Source: Antedon mediterranea
Lineage: Eukaryota > Animalia > Echinodermata
NCBI RefSeq assembly: GCF_964355755.1
Contig: NC_092673.1
Location: 23,991,648-24,055,647, forward strand
DNA: 64,000 nt
Reading direction: 5' to 3'
The translations under genes and the position numbers were made by a program. Position 1 is the first letter of the stretch. Each line of letters begins with the position of its first letter. Positions 27,338-39,074 of the stretch are shown one piece after another. The notes under the pieces were generated by a model. It searched no databases, was not told where the DNA came from, and saw only the letters and a list, made by a program, of their open reading frames with translations.

Positions 27338-27360
27338 AGCTCTGTCTACACTATCAAACT
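27338..27360. mobile_element. Left arm of a MITE split by the 12.55-kb element
   Basis: agctctgtctacactatcaaact ends abruptly at 27360. The family continuation tagtttgacaaaaaaag resumes at 39912. Confidence 0.85.
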
Positions 27361-27373
27361 CCCAGCAAACACA

Positions 27374-30310
27374 TAACGTTCAGCTAACGTTATATTTTGG
27401 TTAGCGTTTGGTTAGGTTTACTACGAACGTTCGTATAACATCCAAATAACGTTCATTCACAGAATATTTTTTTCATAACATCATTTAAACGTTATAAGAA
27501 CGTTCAGAATAACATTCAAAATATGTTATTTACATAACATTGATGATAACATTTTTCTAACGTTATAAGAACGTTCAAAATAACGTTAAAAAATGATATT
27601 TACATAAGGTTATTGGTAACATCTATCTAACGTTATAAGAACGTTCAGAATAACATTCAAAATATGTTATTTACCTAACATTGATGGTAACATTTTCCTA
27701 ACGTTAGAAGAACGTTCAAAATAACGTTGAAAATGATATTTACATAACGTTATTGGTAACATCTACCTAACGTTAAAAGAACGTTCGGAATAACATTCAA
27801 CATATCTTATTTACATAACATTAATGATAACATTTTCCTAACGTTAGAAGAACGTTCAAAATAACGTTTAAAATGATGTTTACATAACTTTATAGGTAAC
27901 ATCTACCTAACGTTATAAGAACGTTCAGAATAACATTCATAATATGTTATTTATATAACATTAATGATAACATTTTCCTAACGTTAGAAGAACGTTGAAA
28001 ATAACGTTAAAAATTATATTTACATAACGTTATTAATAATATCTACCTAATATGTTATAAGAACGTTCGGAATAACATTCACAATAAGTTATTTACATAA
28101 CATTATTAATAACATTTTCCTAACGTTATAAAAATGTTCAAAATAACGTTAAAATTATAATTACATAATGTTATTAATAAAATCTACCAAACGTTATAAG
28201 AACGTTCGGAATAACATTCAAAATATGTTATTTACCTAACCTTATTGATAACATTTTCGTAACGTTATAAGAACATTCAAAATAACGTTAAAAAAAATAT
28301 TTACATAACGTTATTGGTAACATCTACCTAACGTTATAAGAACGTTCGGAATAACATTCAATATATGTTATTTACAAAACATTATTAATAACATTTACCT
28401 AACGTTATAAAACCGTTCAAAATAACGTTAAAAATGATGTTTACATAACTTTATAGGTAACATCTACCTAACGTTATAGGAACGTTCAGAATAACATTCA
28501 CAATATGTTATTTACATAACATTTTCCTAACGTTATAAGAATGTTTAAAATTATAATTACATAATACATATTAATAACATCTACCTAACGTTATAAGAAC
28601 GTTCGGAATAACATTTTAAACATGTTATTTTCCTAACCTTATTAATAACATTTTCCTAACGCTAAAGTTAAAAGAACGTTCGGAATAACATTCAACATAT
28701 GTTATTTACATAACATTAATGATAACATTTTCCTAACGTTAGAAGAACGTTCCAAATAATGTTAAAAATGATATTTACATAACGTTATTGATAACATCTA
28801 CCTAACTTTATAAGAAAGTTCGGAACAACATTAAAATAGGTTATTTACATAACATTATTGATAACATTTTCGTAACGTTATAAGAACATTCAAAATAACG
28901 TTAAAAATTATATTTACATAACGTTATTGGTAACATCTACCTAACTTTATAAGAATGTTCAGTATAACATTCAATATATGTTATTTACATAACATTATTT
29001 AAGAAAATAACGTTAAAATTATAATTACATAATGCTAATAATAACATCTACCTTACGTTATAAGAACGTTGGGAATAATGTTAACAATTATACTTTCCAT
29101 AAAGTTATTGATAACATCTACCTAACTTTATAAGAAAGTTCTGAAAAACATTCAAAAATGTTATTTACATAACGTTTTTGATGGCATTTTCCTAACGTTG
29201 TAAGAACATACAAGATAACGTTTACAATTATATTTACCTAACGTTATAGATAACATCTACCCAACATCATAAGAACGTTCGGAATAACATTCAAACAGTT
29301 TCCTAACGTTATAAGGACGTTCAAAATAACGTTAACAAATTATATTTACATAACAATATTGATAACATTTTCCTAACGTTATAAGGACGTTCAAAATAAC
29401 GTTGAAATGAGGTTTACATAACGTTATTGATTGGGCCAATGACGTAAAACAAATACTATGCATAAATGGATTTGGTAACATATGGTACTCACAACAGGTT
29501 AATAATATATATACTTTTATTTCAAATTTTAAACAAAGGCTTACAGACATTGAACGACAGAAATTCTACGAAGATACTAGGCTACACTCTAAGCTCCAAT
29601 ATTACAAGCACGTTAAATATAAGTTTGGAATTGAAGAATATCTAACAAAAGTAACAAATTACAAACATAGACAAATTATGACTAAGATACGACTAGGAAT
29701 TTTAGAATTAGAAATTTAAAAAGGAAGATGGAATTGTATAAATAGAAATGAAAGATTATGCAAATTATGTGCTTTACAATCAATTGAAGATGAATATCAT
29801 TTCACTTTAGTTTGTCCATTATATTCAGATATTAGAACTAAATATATGTTTTCCTTTTATACAAACAACCCAACTAAATTAAAATATATTTATCTTATGT
29901 CTGCCACAAATACTGATCTTATTGTTAAACTTGGAAAATATTTATTCTTTTCATTTAAACGTAGAACAGAATTTCTAAACGCACTCAACTGATATTTATT
30001 TAATATTGTATTACATTGTATATTATTTGGGCCAAAGGCCATATATAATAAATGTTTCTTGGATCTCCAAGAAAGAAAGAAAGAAAGAAAAGAAGATAAC
30101 ATCTACCTAACTTTATAAGAACGTTCGGAAAAATTGATAACGATCAAAAATTATATTTACATAACATTTTTCTAGTGTTAGAAGAACCTTCAATTTCTGA
30201 AATTTACATAACATTTCTTGAAAACGTTTTACCATGGACAGAATGTTCATAATTATAGGCATTTCAATACAATATTTACACATTTTTCTATGGTTTCCTA
30301 ACGTTTTACA
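27374..30310. repeat. Left subterminal tandem array: ~70-bp monomers alternating A/B (~140-bp dimer)
   Basis: taacgttat/gaagaacgttc recurs at 27558, 27628, 27699, 27768, 27839 and onward, with alternating cattttcc / catctacc variants. Interrupted by a LINE at 29432-30094. Confidence 0.92.
29432..30094 (+). mobile_element. 5'-truncated RTE-X-like non-LTR retrotransposon (ORF2 C-terminus with CCHC knuckle)
   Basis: 29432-29992 reads WANDVKQILCINGFGNIW...TKIRLGILELEI*KGRW...ERLCKLCALQSIEDEYHFTLVCPLYSDIR...LN* with one internal stop at 29717. AATAAA and a (GAAA)n tail follow. GAT is duplicated at 29429-29431 and 30095-30097, and the array resumes in register. Confidence 0.85.
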
Positions 30311-30555
30311 AACATGCATGGTTAACATTAGCAGATCGTGTGCATATTTCTATGAGTGAAGTAAGAGTAATTGGTAATTCATGTATTTTTTTAGGCGATG
30401 TAATATAAACCGTTATTTTGTAAGGTTCAAATTGTGAATGACTCAATACATATTCCATCATTGTAACAGTTGGTGGTTTTAAGTTTTGGAGGGAAGTTGT
30501 CGACATTTGTATTCTCTAACACAGCCATAAGAAAAAGGATTTCTACGGTATTTTG

Positions 30556-33500
30556 ATGGTGACGTCTAGATGTATTATTATGGTGACGTCTAGACGTATT
30601 ATTATGGTGACGTCTAGACGTATTATTGTGGTGACGTCTAGACGTATTATTATGGTGACGTCTAGACCTATTATTATGGTGACGTCTAGACGTATTATTA
30701 TGGTGACGTCTAGACGTATTATTATGGTGACGTCTAGACGTACTATTATGGTGACGTCTAGACGTACTATTATGGTGACGTCTAGACGTACTATTATGAT
30801 GACGTCTAGACGTACTATTATGGTGACGTCTAGACGTACTATTATGGTGACGTCTAGACGTACTTTTATGGTGACGTCTAGACGTACTATTATGGTGACC
30901 TCTAGACGTAATAGTGATGTCTAGACGTACTGTCATAGTGACGTCTAGACGTACTGTCCTAGTGACGTCTAGACGTACTGTCCTAGTGACGTCTAGATGT
31001 ACTGTCCTAGTGACGTCTAGACGTACTGTCCAAGTGACGTCTAGACGTACTGTCCTAGTGACGTCTAGACGTACTGTCATAGTGACGTCTAGACGTACTG
31101 TCCTAGTGACGTCTAGACGTACTGTCATACTGACGTCTACACGTACTGTCATAGTGATGTCTAGACGTACTGTCATAGTGACGTCTAGACGTACTGTAAG
31201 AGTGACGTCTAGACGTACTGTCAAAGTGACGTCTATACGTAATAGTGACGTCTAGACGTAATAGTGACGTCTAGACGTACTGTCATAGTGACGTCTAGAC
31301 GTACTGTCATAGTGACATCTAGACGTACAGTCTTAGTGACGTCTAGACGTACTGTCCTAGTGACGTCTAGACGTACTGTCCTAGTGACGTCTAGACGTAC
31401 TGTCAAAGTGACGTCTAGACGTACTGTCATAGTGACGTCTAGACGTACTGTCATAGTGACGTCTAGACGTACTGTCATAGTGACGTCTAGACGTACTGTC
31501 ATAGTGACGTCTAGGCGTACTGTAATAGTGGCGTCTAGACGTACTGTTCTAGTGACGTCTAGACGTACTGTCCTAGTGACGTCTAGACGTACTGTCCTAG
31601 TGACGTCTAGACGTACTGTCCTAGTGATGTCTAGACGTCCTGTCCTAGTGACGTCTACAGTAGACGTACCGTCCTAATGACGTCTAGACGTACCGTCCTA
31701 GTGACGTCTAGACGTACCGTCCTAGTGACGTCTAGACGTACTGTCCTAGTGACGTCGAGACGTACTGTCATAGTGACGTCTAGACGTACTGTCATAGTGA
31801 CGTCTAGACGTACTGTCATAGTGACGTCTAGACGTACTGTCATAGGGACGTCTAGACGTACTGTCATTGTGAGGTCTAGACGTACTGTCCTAGTGACGTC
31901 TAGACGTACTGTCCTAGTGACGTCTAGACTTACTGACATAGTGACGACTAGACGTACTGTCCTAGTGACGTCTAGACATACTGTCCTAGTGACATCTAGA
32001 CGTACTGTCCTAGTGACGTCTAGACGTACTGTCATAGTGACGTCTAGACGTACTGTCATATTGACGTCTAGACGTACTGTCATAGTGACGTCTAGACGTA
32101 CTGTCATAGTGACGTCTAGACGTACTGTCATAGTGACGTCTAGACGTACTGTAATAGTGGCGTCTAGACGTACTGTAATAGTGACGTCTAGACGTACCGT
32201 CCTAGTGACGTCTAGACGTACCGTCCTAGTGATGTCTAGACATACTGTCCTAGTGACGTCGAGACGTACTGTCATGGTGACGTCTAGACGTACTGTCATA
32301 GTGACGCCTAGACGTACTGTCCTAGTGACGTCTAGACGTACTGTCATAGTGACGTCTAGACGTACTGTCCTAGTGACGTCTAGACGTACTGTCATAGTGA
32401 TGTCTAGACGTACTGTCATAGTGACGTCTAGAGGTACTGTCATAGTGACGTCTAGACGTACTGTAAGAGTGACGTCTAGACGTACTGTCAAAGTGACGTC
32501 TATACGTAATAGTGACGTCTAGACGTAATAGTGACGTCTAGACGTACTGTCATAGTGACGTCTAGACGTACTGTCATAGTGACATCTAGACGTACAGTCT
32601 TAGTGACGTCTAGACGTACTGTCCTAGTGACGTCTAGACGTACTGTCCTAGTGACGTCTAGACGTACTGTCAAAGTGACGTCTAGACGTACTGTCATAGT
32701 GACGTCTAGACGTACTGTCATAGTGACGTCTAGACGTACTGTCATAGTGACGTCTAGACGTACTGTCATAGTGACGTCTAGGCGTACTGTAATAGTGGCG
32801 TCTAGACGTACTGTTCTAGTGACGTCTAGACGTACTGTCCTAGTGACGTCTAGACGTACTGTCCTAGTGACGTCTAGACGTACTGTCCTAGTGATGTCTA
32901 GACGTCCTGTCCTAGTGACGTCTACAGTAGACGTACCGTCCTAATGACGTCTAGACGTACCGTCCTAGTGACGTCTAGACGTACCGTCCTAGTGACGTCT
33001 AGACGTACTGTCCTAGTGACGTCGAGACGTACTGTCATAGTGACGTCTAGACGTACTGTCATAGTGACGTCTAGACGTACTGTCATAGTGACGTCTAGAC
33101 GTACTGTCATAGGGACGTCTAGACGTACTGTCATTGTGAGGTCTAGACGTACTGTCCTAGTGACGTCTAGACGTACTGTCCTAGTGACGTCTAGACTTAC
33201 TGACATAGTGACGACTAGACGTACTGTCCTAGTGACGTCTAGACATACTGTCCTAGTGACATCTAGACGTACTGTCCTAGTGACGTCTAGACGTACTGTC
33301 ATAGTGACGTCTAGACGTACTGTCATATTGACGTCTAGACGTACTGTCATAGTGACGTCTAGACGTACTGTCATAGTGACGTCTAGACGTACTGTCATAG
33401 TGACGTCTAGACGTACTGTAATAGTGGCGTCTAGACGTACTGTAATAGTGACGTCTAGACGTACCGTCCTAGTGACGTCTAGACGTACCGTCCTAGTGAT

Positions 33501-35642
33501 GTCTAGACATACTGTCCTAGTGACGTCGAGACGTACTGTCATGGTGACGTCTAGACGTACTGTCATAGTGACGCCTAGACGTACTGTCCTAGTGACGTCT
33601 AGACGTACTGTCATAGTGACGTCTAGACGTACTGTCCTAGTGACGTCTAGACGTACTGTCATAGTGATGTCTAGACGTACTGTCATAGTGACGTCTAGAG
33701 GTACTGTCATAGTGAGGTCTAGACGTACTGTCCTAGTGACGTCTAGACGTACTGTCATAGTGACGTCTAGATGTACTGTCCTAGTAACGTCTAGACGTAC
33801 TGTCCTAGTGACGTCTAGACGTACTGTCCTAGTGACGTCTAGACTTACTGACATAGTGACGACTAGACGTACTGTCCTAGTGACGTCTAGACGTACTGTC
33901 CTAGTGACGTCTAGACGTACTGTCCTAGTGACGTCTACACGTACTGTCATAGTGACGTCTAGACGTACTGTCATATTGACGTCTAGACGTACTGTCATAG
34001 TGACGTCTAGACGTACTGTCATATTGACGTCTAGACGTACTGTCATAGTGACGTCTAGACGTACGGTCATAGTGACGTCTAGACGTACTGTTATAGTGAC
34101 GTCTAGACGTACTGTCATAGTGACGTCTAGACGTACTGTAATAGTGGCGTCTAGACGTACTGTAATAGTGACGTCTAGACGTACTGTCCTAGTGACATCT
34201 AGACGTACAGTCTTAGTGACGTCTAGACGTACTGTCCTAGTGACGTCTAGACATACTGTCCTAGTGACGTCTAGCCGTACTGTCCTAGTGACGTCTAGAC
34301 GGACTGTCATAGTGACATCTAGACGTACTGTCCTAGTGACGTCTAGACGTACTCTCCTAGTGACGTCTAGACATACTGTCATAGTGACGTCTAGACGTAC
34401 TGTCATAGTGACGCCTAGACATAGGGCCTGTTTCTGCTGCAACTGCTCAAAATACGGTATAAAAATACGGTATAAAATACGGTATTTTTTATACCGTATT
34501 TTTTATTACCCCGTTTCTGCTAACAATACTTCTTGGGTGGTCGTGTTAAATTTCATCTTTTTTACCCAAATTGCCATTCATTTATTTGATCGATAATTAA
34601 AAGTCGCAATAAAGGAAGTTTTACGTCTCACTTTCAACAGCCTAACCCTTGTGATAGAGATGTTGTGAGAGTACAGAAAACATCGTAATAGGGACAATTA
34701 ATTCGTTCCCTCCCCGAGTTATTGTATTTTGCAATGTTGTACTGCTTTCGCAGGCTCTTCAGCTTTGAGTTTGCTTTGGAGACAAGTCTATTCCATACTC
34801 CTGCTTTATTTTTTTTAGAAATGTCTTTATAAATGTGGTTGTCCCTTTTATTACCTTTTAGTTGGCCAGACATTTTAGCTTCCCCACACACATTTATTTA
34901 GTAAAACTGTGACGTCTTCGCTCCACATTTTCGCCGAATATATCTATACACGTGTGTAAAGCAGCTGACAGCGACAGAAAATAAAAACACAAATGTTGAC
35001 CTTTTGTCATGTAAAAAAAAAATACGGTATTTTTTATTGGCAGCAGAAACGGGTACAAAAAATACGGTATAAATTTGTAAATACCGTATTTTATCCACAA
35101 ATTTTGTGGGGAAAATACGGTATACAAAATACGGTATATTTTTTATGAGCGCAGTTTCTGCTGCCAAAAATATACCGTATATACGGTATTCAAAAAATAC
35201 CGTATAATATACGGTATTTAGTTGGCAGCAGAAACAGGGCCATACTGTCCTAGTAACGTCTAGACGTACTGTCCTAGTGACGTCTAGACGTACTGTCATA
35301 GTGACGTCTAGACGTAATAGTAACGTCTATACGTAATAGTGACGTCTAGACGTACTGTAATAGTGGCGTCTAGACGTACTGTCATAGTGACGTCTAGACG
35401 TACTGTCCTAGTGACGTCTAGACGTAATAGTGATGTCTAGACGTACTGTCATAGTGACGTCTAGACGTACTGTCCTAGTGACGTCTAGACGTACTGTCCT
35501 AGTGACGTCTAGATGTACTGTCCTAGTGACGTCTAGACGTACTATCCTAGTGATGTCTAGACGTACTGTCATAGTAACGTCTAGACGTACTGTCATAGTG
35601 ACGTCTAGACGTACTGTCCTAGTGACGTCTAGACGTCACTAG
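30556..35642. repeat. 24-bp minisatellite AGTGACGTCTAGACGTACTGTC(A/C)T, roughly 175-180 units
   Basis: Directly visible tandem array. Each unit holds the 12-bp palindrome ACGTCTAGACGT. There are occasional 19-bp units, and the array is interrupted at 34424-35241. Confidence 0.97.
34424..35241 (-). mobile_element. 818-bp PIF/Harbinger deletion derivative with Myb/SANT-like ORF remnant
   Basis: TIR GG(G/C)CCTGTTTCTGCTGC(C)AACT at both ends, 3-bp TSD ATA (34421-34423 / 35242-35244), and subterminal AAATACGGTAT repeats. Minus-strand 34634-34891 reads GEAKMSGQLKGNKRDNHIYKDISK...KLKSLRKQY...NSGRERINCPYYD, a degenerate Myb/SANT-like DNA-binding domain typical of the Harbinger accessory protein. Confidence 0.85.
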
Positions 35643-37508
35643 ACTAGATGTCTGAACTGTCTAGACTGACTGTCTGTCTAGACTGTCTGTTTGTCTGAAC
35701 TGTCTAGACTCTCTGTCTGTCTAGACTGTCTGTCTGAACTGTTTAGACTGTCTGTCTTTCTAGACTGTCTGTCTGTCCGAACTGTCTAGACTGTCTGTCT
35801 GTCTAGACTGTCTGTCTGTCTGAACTGTCTAAGCTGTCTGTCTAGACTGTCTGTCTGTCTGTCTGAACTGTCTAGACTGTCTGCCTGTCTAGAGCTGTCT
35901 GTCTGTCTTTCTGAACTGTCTAGACTGTCTGTCTGTCTAGACTGTCTGTCTAGACTTTCTGTCTGTCTGTGTGTCTGAACTGTCTAGACTGTCTGTCTAG
36001 ACTGTCTGTCTGTCTGAACTGTCTAGACTGTCTGTTTGTCTGTCTAGACTGTCTGTCTGTCTAGACTGTCTGTCTGTCTGAACTGTCTAGACTGTCTTTC
36101 TGTCTAGACTGTCTGTCTGTCTGTCTTAACTTCTAGATTGTCTGTCTGTCTAGACTGTCTGTCTGTCTGAACTGTCTAGACTGTCTGTCTGTTTGGACTG
36201 TCTGTCTGTCTGAACTGTCTAGACTATCTGTCTGAACTGTCTAGACTGTCTTTCTGTCTAGACTGTCTGTCTGTCTGAACTGTCTAGACTGTCTGTCTGT
36301 CTAGACTGTCTGTCTGAACTGTCTAGACTGTCTGTCTAGACTGTCTGAACTGTCTAGACTGTCTGTCTATCTAGACTGTCTGTCTGTCTGTCTGAACTGT
36401 CTAGACTGTCTGTCTAGACTCTCTGTCTGTCTGAACTGTCTAAACTGTCTGTCTAGACTGTCTGTCTGTCTAGACTGTCTGTCTGTCTGAACTGTCTAGA
36501 CTATCTGTCTGAACTGTCTAGACTGTCTTTCTGTCTAGACTGTGTGTCTGTCTAGACTATCTGTCTGAACTGTCTAGACTGTCTTTCTGTCTAGACTGTG
36601 TGTCTGTCTGAACTGTCTAGACTGTCTGTCTGTCTAGACTGTCTGTCTGAACTGTCTAGACTGTCTGTCTGTCTAGACTGTCTGTCTGTCTGAACTGTCT
36701 AGACTGTCTGTCTGTCTGTCTGAACTGTCTAGACTGTCTGAACTGTCTAGACTGTCTGTCTGTCTAGACTGTCTGAACTATCTAGACTGTCTGTTTGTCT
36801 AGACTGTCTGTCTGAACTGTCTAGACTGTCTGTCTGTCTGAACTGTCTAGACTGTCTAGACTGTCTGTCTGTCTGAACTGTCTAGATTGTCTGTCTGTCT
36901 AGACTGTCTGTCTCTCTGAACTGTCTAGACTCTCTGTCTGTCCAGACTGTCTGTCTGTCTAGACTGTCTAGACTGTCTGTCTGTCTGTCTAGACTGTCTG
37001 TCTGTTTGTCTAGACTGTCTGTCTTTCTAGACTGTATGTCTGTCTGTCTGAACTATTTAGACTGTCTGTCTGTCTAGACTGTCTGTCTGTCTAGACTGTC
37101 TGTCTGTCTGAACTGTCTAGACTGTCTGTCTGTCTAGACTGTCTGTCTGTCTGAACTGTCTAGACTGTCTGTCTAGACTGTCTGTCTCTCTGAACTGTCT
37201 AGACTGTCTGTCTGTATAGACTGTCTGTCTGTCTGAACTGTCTAGACTGTGTGTCTGTCTAGACTGTCTGTCTGTCTGTCTGAACTGTCTAGACTGTCTG
37301 TCTGTCTAGACTTTCTGTCTTAACTGTCTAGACTGTTTGTCTGTCTAGACTGTCTGTCTGTCTGAACTTTCTAGACTGTCTGTCTGTCTAGACTGTCTGT
37401 TTGAACTGTCTAGACTGTCTGTCTGTCTGTCTGAACTGTCTAGACTGACGTCTGTCTAGACTGTCTGTCTGTCTGAACTGTCTTGACTGTCTGTCTGTCT
37501 AAACTGTC
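35643..37508. repeat. Complex (CTGT)n microsatellite punctuated by TCTAGA and TGAACT
   Basis: About 1.9 kb of ctgtctgtctagactgtctgtctgaactgtctaga variants. Confidence 0.95.
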
Positions 37509-37879
37509 GTTTGATGGTCCCAGGACCCCACTTGACATATTCTATGCCTCATACCTTTTGTACTCGCAATGCTAAACAAATCTTCATGGGCTCCCGGACT
37601 ATACGGGGAAGGATGGCAGGCAATACAAACGATTCACAGATATATAAACATCGTTAGCCTGGACTGGTGGTATGTAACGGGTGTACTTGTAACACAGAAT
37701 CCTGGAGTCTCTCGGTATAATTCTCCCCCCACAAAATAATAAAAATCAAATGTTTAACATTTGATTGTTATTCGGTCTACATCGCGATCGTGGTTTTGCT
37801 GATCGTCTTCGATATCACGCAAATAAACAGCATGCTTTGTGACGTGAATAAGTTTGTCATACTCTAGAGGTCAAAGTGA

Positions 37880-38108
37880 GGTCAATAATCGGTAAAAACA
37901 AGAAATAATCGATTAAAACACGCAATGGATTGAGTGTTTTTAATCGGTTATTTTTAATCGGTTATTTTATTTTGCGCCGTTTCTGCTGCCCAAAAATAAT
38001 CGATTAAAAAAATAAACGGTTAATAATCGATTATTTCTGCTCAGCAGAAACAGGCCCTTAAGAGCATTTTTAACCGGTTAAATTGCTTTATGCAGCAGAA
38101 ACAGACCC
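37880..38108. mobile_element. Two stacked right ends of Harbinger-like elements related to 34424-35241
   Basis: CAGCAGAAACAGGCCC|TTA ends at 38057 and CAGCAGAAACAGACCC|TAA ends at 38108. Subterminal TAATCG(A/G)TTA repeats precede them. No matching left ends were seen. Confidence 0.6.
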
Positions 38109-39074
38109 TAAAGTACCACAGTGTTTTATTTGCAATTTAAGATCACTTTATGTCATCAATCATTTTGGTTAGTTTCTTAAAAGAAAGCTGAATATTCATA
38201 GATTCCTTACATACTTTTCTTATGAGCATTGGCTTAAAATAGACTTTGTCAAAATAGCAGAATCTATTTTGAAAAAATCTAAAAAATCCTCAAAATCGCG
38301 GCAAAATGCAAATAGGGTTTGCCTGTGTTATCAAGCCTTCACTTGACAGACCGTTGGATTGTAGCTAAGTTTGGGGTTAATTTTTCATTATATATTTTGT
38401 AAGTAGCATTTTAATTTTTATATCATTCTAATGTTTGATATATAAGGAACAATTATTAGGTGTTATTTAGTTCTATATGTCATTTTTTATATTCACAATT
38501 GCAAAATTAAGATACCAATGTTTGAATGCAAGCGAGCTGGGATCTACCATTTATCACTCGGGTAATGGTTATGTTTATCTTTCTGTGACCTGTTTAATTA
38601 ATAGATGGTAATTATTACGAAGTCTGGAAATATTCATACTATACTAGTTTATGTCATTTTAATTTCTTTGGTTAAAACATGTAATCAATAATTGTGGAAA
38701 TTAGTTGTAGTTGTAATGGTTGACCCTCTCCTATATAATGGACGATGACAAGACTTGGGTTGCATGAACTTGGTATGAACCTATAAGTAGATAAACAGCT
38801 CAATAGGTACATATTAAAAATCACTGTTTGGTTGCAAAATTTGCACCAAGTGATTCATATTGAATCATTTAGGCCTATACTTTAATTGTTTTTGTATGAT
38901 ATATTCAATTAATACTTTATAAATAAATAATTTCTTTTTAATTAATACAGGTTGAGTATTTTTTATTCTTATTGTTTAATGATTTTGTTATGGTTACCGT
39001 GAGATGCGAGATTGGTTCCGAAATTAGTACATCGAAACAGCTGTTTGGCAATGGCCACATTAACAGACAAATTC

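Noticed and set aside
30427-35642. Long ORFs of 8-aa repeats on both strands (up to 550 aa) as protein-coding genes
   Set aside because: They follow from a 24-bp unit lacking stops in one frame per strand. They are frameshifted by 19-bp units, broken by a transposon, and lack splice or start context.
30556-35642. CRISPR array (palindromic repeats with varying intervening bases)
   Set aside because: The intervening bases are short and near-identical rather than unique spacers, no cas genes are present, and the context is eukaryotic.
37510-39070. Transposase gene inside the 12.55-kb element
   Set aside because: The ORF track shows no ORF here and no TnpD/DDE motifs were recognised. Spliced or degraded remnants cannot be excluded without tblastn.
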